Shown: piece after piece, positions 1-12,000 of the stretch
Layout of the letters: each line of letters begins with the position of its first letter
Position numbering within the stretch: position 1 is the first letter of the stretch
Source: a virus
Lineage: Duplodnaviria; Heunggongvirae; Uroviricota; Caudoviricetes
Virus record (IMG/VR): IMGVR_UViG_3300042892_004104
DNA: 64,000 nt
Strand: one strand, 5' to 3'
Notes under the pieces: generated by a model
The model's database searches: none
Seen by the model: only the letters and a program-made list of their open reading frames with translations
What the model was told of the DNA's origin: nothing
Program-made: the position numbers and the translations under genes

Positions 1-3000
1 AGACCATTGTTGTAGGTTCCGGCATTTACCAACTGCCAGTTTTCTAGATCAAATGTAGGGCCCACAACTGCGGTGCTGTCTTGACTGTCAGCTTGCCACA
101 CACGATTGTCATAACGTACCAGATCTCCGTTTTGGTAGGTGGCATCAGAACTCCATTCAGTCAGGGTTGGCACATATTGATAGCGGTCAAACTTCATGGT
201 GGTACGGAATGTACGCACAGGACTGTAGTAATCAACAGTTGTGGGAATCACTGATCCACTGTAGTCTTGTGCAGCCGCAGATCCATCCATAGATGCGTAT
301 GCACGAACACCTGATCCATTGCCGCCGGTGAATGTTACAACAGGAGTAGCACGATATCCAACGCCCGGAGTGGTGATTGTTACACCAACCACTTGACCCA
401 GACTGTTGACCACAGCAAATCCTTGAGCTGGTTGAACCGCATCACCTTCAAACGTGACCACCGGTGCTTGGTTGTAGCCTTGGCCGCTTGAGGTAATTTC
501 AACTTCAATTAGATTCAACAGGTAGTTTTGAATCCATTCTGAGTAAGGCCACTGTGTCCATACTGTACTAGAAGCAGGCAAATTGCTTACTGTTGTGAGT
601 GTGGCATTAAATGCTGTACTCTGTTGATACGGCAGCAACACTGGGCTTGTGAATTGAGGAAGTTCGAGCTCAGTGTCAAAATAGGCTGGCAAATCAAAGT
701 CAACGGCATCGCCGCGGAAATCGTCAAAGCCTGCATATTGCAAGTTGAACTCTCGAATCTGCACGTGGTATGGTTTGACTTCTTGAATGTAGTCTTCTAC
801 AAACTCCTGGTTGTCTCGGTTAAAATTTTGGTAAGGCACAAGATCTCGAATTCTATGATCTACATCAATCAAACTGGTTTTGACCAGCCATTCAGGTGCA
901 GAAAATTCGCTCAACACATAGTCAAACATCAAGATCAAAGACCGGTTACGTTCAATTGCTAGATCATCAACAAACAGTTCTTCATTGATGGCTTGAATAA
1001 TTTTACGAGTTTCAATCACTGGTTCTTGATCATAGTACTGTGCATCAAACACTTCCAGGTCAAAACCATATCGACCCAGTGCGTAGTCCCACAGCTCTGC
1101 ACTGAATTCAATAGTGCCATCTTCTAGTCCCACCCGTTCCCAAGCAAGGTCAGTCTTCAGATAAATTTCAAACTTACCTTGTGCATTGGCAGTTACTTTG
1201 ACGCTGGATCCCACTGGAACACTCAGTGTGTCTAACAAACTAAAACTAGCCACTTCAGTTATTAACTTGCTGCTGGAATTGTATCCAGGACGGTACCAAT
1301 CAATGTAACTCCAGTAATCCGGAGTATTGAAGTTCTGCACTCGGGAAAGTATGAGTGCTCGCTGGCCCAGTTGTGTTTGACTATTCTGAACAGTATAGAT
1401 AGTCCACAGGCCTCGATTGTTGCTGTCAGTTTGTACCAGGTATCGATAGCCCAGCGGCACAGCATCAATGTTTTGAAATCCAAGAATTTCCAAATTAGTT
1501 ACTCGGAGGTTCCACAATCCTGAACTGGCACTGGGTTCAGGTTCGCCGGAGTTGAGCAAATTAAACACACGGCTTTCAGCAATAAAATACTGCTTGAGTA
1601 CAGAATTTGCTCTAGACAAATAGTTACGTAGAGCTTCAAATCGGTTCACAAACATGCTTTGACGTGGACGGAATTGCACACCATAACGCTCTGCTGGACT
1701 TAGGCCAAGATCAGGCACTTGATTACCAAACGTATCTACTCCGCAAAAACTGTCTTGTAACTTGCGATACAAGTTGTTGCTCAAGAAACCATCTGCACGG
1801 CCTTGTGCAATCAATTCATATTCCACGTGCACATTGTCTGTGGTCAGTTCTCGGTCGAATTCAATATGCAACACAGTGTCGCTGGCTTCAATCAAGTCTC
1901 CAGAGTTGTACAAAGCCACGGTGCTGGCGTTGATCGGAGCCAGATAAGGAATACCACTGGATCGTGGACTTTCAATATAACTGGCCACGGTGCTGACTGG
2001 CAACGTCTTGCGCGGTGCTGTCACAGTAATACCACGAACCCAGAAATAATATTCTGTAACAATTGTGCCATCGGCAGCAAGTTTAGAATTTACAGTAAAA
2101 CTCAAATTGTCAAGTACTGTGCCTTGGCCTGTGTAGTTGGCAGGTGGCACTGAGCTTGAGATCCATTGATACACATCTACGGAACTGCCCGGAAACACTT
2201 GTGCCCAACGACGACTTGCATACACAATATTGTCTTGGTTGGGATCAATAAATCTCACTGTGCTGGTATTCCACCATACTTGACCCACATGACTGGCTGC
2301 CCAGGTGGTGCCACGAACATTGTTAGGTCCAGAATTGTAAGATGCAGGGTCAATTCCACCAATGTAGTCAATGTTTTGTCGTGCAGCACCTAGAATTTTG
2401 CCTTGCAATGGATCCATAAAGTCCAAAAACTCTGTGGTTGCACTGGTAATCTGATCATACAAGAATACTGAATTCAGTAGTCTAATATCCACCACTGGTT
2501 GCTGCACAGCAGTGGCCTGCCACACAGGAGATCGAGTGGCGTTTTCGTACACAAACACACTGCCGTAGTCGGTTTCTGCAGAGTCGCCAACATCAGCATC
2601 AGGTGCACCTACCATGAGCAGGCCTGACGTATAGTTCACAGCGGTGCCAAAGTTGGCATAAGGTGTTACTTCAATGGTGGAAATCTGTGCACCAAACACA
2701 AACTTGCCAGGATTGGACACTGATTCTGAATCACTTGGCAAGTAGTCAAATGTGTACACGGCACCACTTTGTGCGATGCTGCTGAAGAATTCTGTACTGC
2801 CCACGTCAAATATAGTGGTACCGTCATCAAATTCAACTTCGATATATAAGGTTCCTTGTGGAGCACCAACCACGAGATTGATTGCTGATGTGTCAATACT
2901 GACACTGCTGCCAAATCCAGCAAACGCAATAGGATAAGGACTAGAAATATTTTGTGTCCAAACAAATGTACGGAATCCTAGGTCAGCAAATGCTGTGCCC

Positions 3001-6000
3001 ACGCTGCCTGGCGCTACTTGTAGTTTGTTACCATACGGTGCTGCTGCACTGTTTTTGACACTCAGTGTCAAAATACCAGCAGTCACAGTGGCCAACACGT
3101 TGGGCACACCTGACTGAACGCCCACGGGCAATCCGTTGATTGCAGCGGCCAGGCCCTGTATTGTGGGATTGCTAGCAGGAACTGCAACATCAATGTTGTT
3201 GACTCTTAAAGTATTGCCAGCAGTCAACGCAGGATTGGCCACTGTGGCAGCAATAGAACCGTATAGTCGACTTTGATTTACACTGCGTTCGACGATGCCA
3301 CCTTTATACACTTGTACACTGCTTTGAGGTTCTCCCACATACAAACTACAGTTGTTGCTGCACAAATCAACTGCAGAACCAAAATTACAAAACTCTGCCA
3401 CAGTGTTTTGTGTTACAGCCTCAATCAAGCCAAATTGGTTGGTTTCAATTTCTATGTTGTCACCAATGTTCAATTCATCTGCAATGGTAATTGTGTTGCC
3501 TGATACTGCAAATGTGCCAGGTGCCCCAACAATGCTGTTGTCTTGGTTGATCAACCTGGTGTTGTTTAGATAAACAGTCACCGGTGCTGTGACTGTGCCA
3601 AGCACTGTGTAAGCATTGCTGGAATCATTGTTTCGAATAAATCGTTGCACAGCTCGGTCAAACACATACACTGCACCTGCTTGAACCTGAGCACTGACTG
3701 TTTGATAAGGTGTGCCGACCATGACCTGGCGGCCATCAGTGCTGCAACTCACTGAATGTCCAAATCTTGCGTCTGCTGCAAGTCCACCCACAGTAAGGGT
3801 GTTGACATATTCAAAATAGCCTTGAGCATTGACCACAATCACTGTGCCTTGTGTTGGCACTGTGGCAAAAGTCAACTGTTTTGTGCCAGAGTTGAATGTG
3901 TAGTCAATGTTGGGTCTGTATAACACACTGCCAACTGTGATACTGAACGAATCAATGTTGGTTGCAGTAAAGAAATTTGTGCTAAGATCAAACACTGTCT
4001 GCAGTGTTGGTGGAGTGTACGCAATCGTAAATGCACCTGCTGATCCTGCTGCTCCAACGGAAGTCAGAGTCAACACAATGTCATTGACTCCGTTGACGCC
4101 GCCACCAAAGCTAGTGGCTGCAATGGTTATGGTGTTACCAACAGCATATCCTGAACCAAATGATGTTAGGCCAATGCTGCCAGGCAAGGTGCCGCCTGAC
4201 TGACCAATTTCATTGCGCACACGCACAATTGTAAATTCTACGCCAGAGCCACCACCCGATGTGGCTGTTTGTGGCACATCAAAATAAGTTTGTGCATCTA
4301 TTTGTTGCACGTAGATACGTTGAATATCTACCAGTTTGTCTATTGCAGCAGCAACAGATAGTTCAACTTCTGTCAATGCAGCATTGACAGTATAATCAGT
4401 TCCCAGTGCCAGCAACAGGCCGTCCACAGTAACTTTGAGTTGAGTGGCCTGGTCAATTTGAATAGTATTGCTGATGTCGTAAGTGGTAGTAACACCATTG
4501 CCGCGAACACGGAAAAACTGATTTTGCCAATCAACTCGACCGTATGCATGAACTTGATTCAGGCCCGGAGCTCCAATATACATCCAGCGTTCGTCTGCAC
4601 TCATGACCACACTGTGGCCAAATTCTCCTGCACCCGGTGTGGTGGTGGTAGTGGTGCCTGGCTGAGTCAACAGTTGCCATTGTGCAAACGGAATTACGCC
4701 AGGTTGGCCCAGCGCAGGATCACGAAAGATCACAACAGTATAACCGTTGTTGTCCTGGCCCTGTGGTCCGAGACTTGCACTTGCTCCGGCTACTGCCCAG
4801 GCCTGGTCTCCAAAATCCACAGCATTGCCGTAGCCTCTGACACCTTCAACATCCAAAGTCAGCACTGCATCTTCATCAGCACCCAGTGGACTCACAGGAT
4901 TATATGCTGTGGAATCGTCTCTCAAAAACACATACACGCCGCCGCGTTGATTTAGCGAACTGTCGTCAGACACAGCGTAATGCGGACTTCCTATCAACAC
5001 TGCCAGTCTATTTCTTGCTTGTGCAATACTGGTACCAAATTGTTCTCCAGCTTGCACTACATTTTGGTCAGGAACTATGGTAGTGATATTTTCAAAAGCC
5101 TGACGCTTTTCCAACACTGACCAGGCTCCGGCACCGTTGTTGTCTACCCATACACGAGCGCCAGAGCGAATTTCGTTAGCATAAGGCAGGTCAGCAATGT
5201 CGCTGGCCTGGGCCACACGCATGGTCTGAAGTGTGAATCCTAGACCTTGACCATTGGCCACTGTGCGATCTCCAGCAAACTGAAACACAATGTTCACTGT
5301 GTTGATATTTGGTATGCCTACTACATCGTAAACACCATTGACTTCATCATCAAAAAATTTGATGATCAGTTTGTCGCCAATGGCAAGATCATGTTGCTTG
5401 CTAAAGATCACACGGCTAGTTTCGTTCAAGTTGTCGCACACGTGATCCACAGTACCCGGAACAGACTCAGCACGATAGATATTCCAGTCATGATTGTTGA
5501 CTTTGGCCACCCAAATAGTAGTTCCAACTTCAATGTTGTCAATATTCTCATTGAGGCTTCCAACATCATTGATGTCAAATACAGTGATGTCAGCATCGTT
5601 GATATTCACATAGCCTGCTGTGGGCAATGCAATGTCAGTTGGTAACGTGGTTGTGGTTGGCAAAATGTCAGGCGAAGTTAGCCGGTAACTTTGACGCCAT
5701 ACGTCGGTCAACAACACAGTTTGATCAGCATCACTTGCCTGTTGAGGCACAACCACTTGTACCAGGCTTGGGTTCGGATCTAATAGAGCCCGATTTAGTC
5801 TCAGTTCAAAGAAACTGCGATTGGCATTGGCTCCATACACTGCACGTTGTACCGCCCAGTTTTCATAGATGTCATAGTCAGCTGCTTCTTTTCCAAAGTT
5901 GGCACCTTTAAACAGTTCGGTACTGAGGGCAGTGCCTTTTGATCCCAAGAACTGTCGGTACACGTTGACTTGACTTACATCGTCAAGATTCAGAGCAGCC

Positions 6001-9000
6001 ATGTATTCACGAGGACGGAATCCAATCAAGCCGTAACTCAACAAGTCGTTGTCAGAATCAATATTGGCACTGTTGATGTTGTAACTGTTGACCAACTGGT
6101 TGGCCTTGTTGCTCAAGTTTGGTAGCAGGCCCAGTTCAATTTGAGAATAATCACTTTGTGTCCAGTTATTAAAATTAAAGTTTACGCTGGGTTGAACAAT
6201 GGTTAGTGCACTCCAGAATACATTTTTGTACTTGACAATTTCGCCTTTGCTGTAGATGCGAGTTCCTGTCCATTCTTCCACATTGTCCTGATTTAAAATA
6301 AATCCAGGAGCATCAACATTGCCGTTCCAACCTGTGCTGTTTACTGCAACTAGATTCAAGCGACTTTGTCTTGCTCCGGTCACAGGATCATAGATTAAAT
6401 CTCCAAACACGCTTTGATTGTTCAACACAACCATATGTTCGTAGGTGGTATAACTTAGATCAACAAAACTTATGGAGTTGTCGTTCAGAGCCTGCATCAC
6501 AAATGTGTTGTCCAATCTCACAATGTTTAGATTGCGAACAGGAAACTCTTGACTGTTTTGATTCAACACACTGTTTTCAGCAGTTTGTGCAAGAATTGAA
6601 TCCACAATAGCTTGTGGTTTAGTAACTGTGAGACCAGTGGCCAATGGGTTTATGTTGATGATAGCATCAGTACCCCAACCTTGTTGACTCCAATACATGA
6701 ATTCATTGACCATTCTTGGCCAATCCAGCACATAGCCATTGGCAATATCTGTAAAGCTCAGTCCCTGACTGTCTAAAAATTGTCCATAACTCAACAAAAA
6801 GTCTGCCACACTGGTCACACTAGAAAACTCAAATCCGTATGGAACCTGGACCACTGTGTCAGTGTAGAATGTGGGCACACGAATGGTTATGCCACCATTG
6901 GTGTATGTTTGCAATCGGCCAGTTGCACGGCTTTCAAATATGTTAAAGTACGGCTGGACAGTACTGTATCCATTGACAATAAATCCGCCACGATCGGTTC
7001 GTTGTATGGTCACGCTGCTGTAGCTCACACGATCAAACGGTTGATTCTTGTACAATAAAATATCGTAACTTTCATCAGGAATCAACAATGTAGTATTAAT
7101 GCTGTTGGGACTTGATTTTTCAGTGTACAGTTTGATGTATTGTTTGTCACTAAAACTGGCCATACGATAGCACAGTCGAACGTCCAGGCTCTTGAGATCT
7201 GCAGTGAGATTGTTGGTGGAGTCCAGGCCAGTAAGACGATTGTAGTCCACAATCCAGTTGATATAACTGGCTTTGCTGACACCATTGCCGTACACTTCGA
7301 CCCCATTAGCATCTAGTCTAAATCGATTATTATAAAGATACTGTTGATAGTCTTCATTGTAACGATACAGATCTCGATCAGCAAACAATGCAAAGAATTT
7401 TGCTGGGCGGGTAAGAGCCAGTACTCGCATGACCGCAAACGGGTAAGAGGAACTGTTCCACCATGATGCTTCAACCGGGCCACCGTCGCCCACAGTCCAA
7501 GATTTCTGAAATTGTGTTTCGTTAAATGTGCCCATGACGCATTGAGCAGGACTCAGTAGTTCACCTTCGGTTCCGGTAGGTAGTATTTCCAGCAGCCCTG
7601 GGCGAGCATATCCTTCGGCAAAGTATGGAGCAACAGGATCCGCTACGTAACCAGCCTCGATATCATCCCATAACACCAAGTTGTCTTGAGTGTATGGCGC
7701 AGGACCATATCGCTCGTTCCACCAGGTGGGACGAATACTCAGACCCAACATTTCCCAAGGAGTGTATTCAGGCTGCTGTGTGTCGTAGGTGTAACGATAG
7801 ATTCCTCGCCAGGCACCCAGCATGTTTTGATTGTTCAGCTTGTTTTGTGCACTGCTGTAGTTCCAGGTAAATGAATTGTTAGCACTGTATTGTTGTGGTT
7901 TGTAATCTAACTTGTTCCAGCCGCAGTAACTCAAGAAGTCTTGACTGAGAATGCTGTTGATTTCTTCAAAACTATAACCGGTGGTTCGGAATTGGCCAGG
8001 CATGACATTGTTCAGATCCAGTGGCACAGGGTTACCGTCTAGTTTCAAATTGTTATAAATTCTGGTTTCAAATTCCAGCAATACTTGGTCACGAATGTCG
8101 CCAAACACAGGAGTAGTACTACCGTCGTGACCTTGAATCGCTTCAATTGTACCTGTGCTGGTTTTTTGTAACACAATGCCTGGTTGGTATGCAGGATATA
8201 ATCCCAGTTTAGTAGGAGTGTTGGGTACAAAACTGCCATAGGTGTTGGAATATTCGTTGATCACAATTGTATCGCCTGTGGCCAATGTTGTGATAATAGT
8301 GATTCGAGGACCGTCTGTGGCCACAACATAATCTACACCGCGAGTCAACAACAAATCGTTGCGATATACCAACAGGCCAAGATAGTTGGCTGATGTGTAG
8401 TTGTACACTTGCACAGTATCAAATGTGACACCAGTAACAAAGCCCACAGTGTAGGTGTTACTGGCCACGGTGACTCCTGTAGGAATCATGTCGCTCCAGT
8501 AAAACGGTTGACTGTCTAACTTGCCCAGAGTCACATCCTGAATAGCAGTGTCCAACACTTGAGCGGTGTTGCGGAAACCAATGTTTTGACTCAACACAGC
8601 ATCCAGCATCTGTGCTTTGAACTTGATATATTCTCGGCTGTTGTACTGCAGCGAACTAAAGATGTTGTATTCTTTGCTGCGTAGAAAGTATCCTGCCAGG
8701 GTCAGTGGAGCACTTTGTTGCAAGATGTTCAGACCATACGGTACCACATTGCCAAGATCACGCAAATTGTTGGCACCGTTGATCTCGCCTGTTAGACCAG
8801 GCAAATTTTCGCATATGCTTTGATAATGCGAACGAACTGTGCCCAGCGTAAACAGTTCTGAGTTTTCATTAAGTGGGTTGGACTCAAGATTTACAGGTAC
8901 TTGATAAAACGCAATTTGACTGGTTTGGTCACTCAACACCAGTACTTCAATCACATCTTCGGGTGTGTAAATTCTGTTGAGAGTAATTACAGTACTGTCT

Positions 9001-12000
9001 GCGGTCACAGTGTAAGTGTAGGTGCTCATGTCCTGGAATACTGAACCTGCGTATATTTTGACCACAGGCACAGCAATAGCTGTTTGCGGTAACACTGCAA
9101 CATCTAATTTGAGAGTCTGCCCAGAATAGTTGAATTTAAATTGTTGATAGATCTGGCTGGTAACCGCGGCAGTTTGCCAGCCAATCAACTTGTTATAGCC
9201 TGTGCGAGACTGATATTCCTGCACAGAACCTTGATCAATTGCCAATGTCACACTGGCATTGTCTTCAACATACAAGAATGTGTCCTTGTACAGGTTGTTT
9301 TCAAACACAATGTCGCCAACGTTGTTGATGTTTAAATATTGCAGTGGAAATTGCAACACAGGATCAAAAATGTTGGTATCTCCCACTGCATAACTGAACA
9401 ATTTGCTACCAGCAAATGTTGTGCTGGGGTACTTGGTGTTGTTGCTAAAACTTACACCTACAGTGTCGTACACATTGTACAAGGGTGCCTGCTGAATTCC
9501 TGTTTTTTGTTGTGCTTGTGTCCAATCTGTTCCGTCAAACCAGTAGGTCTTGCCAGCAGTGATAGTGCCATTTAATACCACAGTAGATTGATCGATCAGT
9601 ACATTACCGTCAGTGGCCAGGGTCAAGTTAATCACTGGTTGTTCAATCAGGGGATCTTGAGAATCAGGAATGATAAAACTCACCTGATAGATCTTGTTGC
9701 GTACATCTGCGTCGGTGTCTGCTGCAAAGATCACTCGAGATCCTTCTGCAAGTGCATAGCCATTGATGGTGTATCCAAGAGAGCCATTGATGTTGCTAAA
9801 CGCATCTGTGGCCACAAAGTCAATGATGTCCACTGGTGCCTTGCCTTCAGTGCCCATGTTATATAATCTGATACCAGGACGGAACTGAACAATAGGACGC
9901 TTGGCTCTGAATTGATTGTTCAGCACTGCCGGGACATTGGTGTACTCAGCTGTGGCATTTATCACGTCAATATGGAACCAACGGTTGCTTCGGCTCCAGG
10001 CGTTTAGATCCTGACTGGCACGATTGATTGTGAGATAGTCCGGCTGACCTGGCTCAACGTTCACTGTGGTACTGTCTGCGTCAGCAGCATATGATTCAGG
10101 TACCACAAAATTAGTTACTGGTAACAATTCAATTGCAGTGCCCACCCCTGACACATAGTATTCTCTGTTACTGATGGTGGTGGCCTGATTGACTCCTTCA
10201 CCTTGACCTGTTACAAGGTTAACTGCCAGGCCGCCAAGGGTAGCAGACACTGTGAACTTCTGTCCGTTGGCTGCAAAAGATCTCACATAGTATGTTTGAC
10301 CAGCCACAAGGCCGCCCAGTGTAGGTGCAGAAAACACAATCTGTTGACCAACATACAATTCATTTACTTCCAAAGATGTAATGTAATTTGTTCCTGACTC
10401 TGTGGAACTGTATGTTAACGATCCAATGCCTGATCCAAACTCTGCTGGTTCCACAGCACCTATGAATCGAACGTTGAGGCCATTGGTAAAGGCCACACCA
10501 TTGGGGCTGGTGTATGAACGTTGTCCAATGATTTGATCAAGTGTTAGCGTGTCGGACGCCAACTGATCAATTAGCCGAATTTGTCCAAAAATTTCTGGAT
10601 CTGTTCCGTCTTGGTAATACAAGACGTCTTGTGCCGCGGTCAACAATGGAATACGCTCAAATAATCCTGTGTTGTCCTTGTACCATTGAGTGCTGCTGTA
10701 TTCTGTGCCGTAACGAATTGTGAATTTGGTCAAAGCATCAATGGTCTCAATACGGCTTAAGAAAATGTAGTTTGTGCCTGAGTCGTTGACATAATTGATT
10801 TGCCATAGTTGGTATCGATCTTCAAGTGGAATCACTGTGGTCTGATCATACTCTATAGAGTCATAACTGCCTGGCAGGCCATTGTTGGCAGACACAGCTT
10901 CCAACGGGTCAAACCTGGTGGTACGTTGCCATCCGCCGTCTTCGTAGTCACTGATGGGATTGGTGAATACTAGCGTACGACCGCTAAGATTGGTGATACC
11001 ATCAATGCCGCCGTACTGAGCAATAAATTCAACAACAGGTATGTTGTTGATCTGATCAAACTTTAAATCAGTGATTAAATCAACATTGTTAATACTAGGC
11101 AGATTGTAGTAAAAGTTTTGTGCAGTTTTGTAAGGTACGTTGAAAATCACCGTGCCAAGATCTTGACCGTTGTTGTCCACCCCAAACACATCTCTTGAAC
11201 TGACGTTAGGAGTGGCCGGCAGGAAGCCGCTGACGCCAGGCGCGGCCTGAATCCAAAATCCTGGTCCTGTTCCTGGTACGCTGTCAACAATGGTGAGTTG
11301 CCCTTGCATGTTTGCTTCGTTTTCTGCTGCATAGTACAAGGTGTCAGGTGCGTCTTGCGGAACAACAAAAGTTACCAATCCCGAGTTGGATCCATTGCGA
11401 GTCACTCCTGAGTTGTAAAGTTCGCCACGACCTGTGGTGGGAGCAGTTTTGATCCAGAATGGAAACACGCCTGTCAAGTTCAAGTTGAATACATAGGTGT
11501 TGCCTCGGGCCAGAGTCAGGTCAGGATTTGATTGAGCATCAATTGAATACGCTGAATTTTGCAAATTACGCACTCGGTAATTTACAGTTTCTTTGTTGTT
11601 TTGTGCAACTTGGAAACTATAACTGCCGCCACGTACCAGTTCGATTACAGGATTTTGGCCGGAGATTCCACCAAACGTGTACACACCATCCGCTCGTGTG
11701 ACTGGGAAATTGGCTTGTACAGGTATTCCTGTGGCAGCCACATCAACTGCGGAGGGACCTGCAGGCAACCAAAAATACTGACTGAAATTTACAAACGGGT
11801 CAAAGTCCACAAACGGATCCCAACTATAGTACTCACTTGAGTACAGTTGATCAGGAGTACTGTTGCGTCCGCCTTGATATGCCACAGCATCATTCATGCC
11901 AGGATATGTGATTGCATCACGCACTCGATCAGTGTCTGGCTTGAGACTGATCACTCCTGGCTCCAGTTGATAGTCTGTTCGAGACTTGGTGGGCTCAATC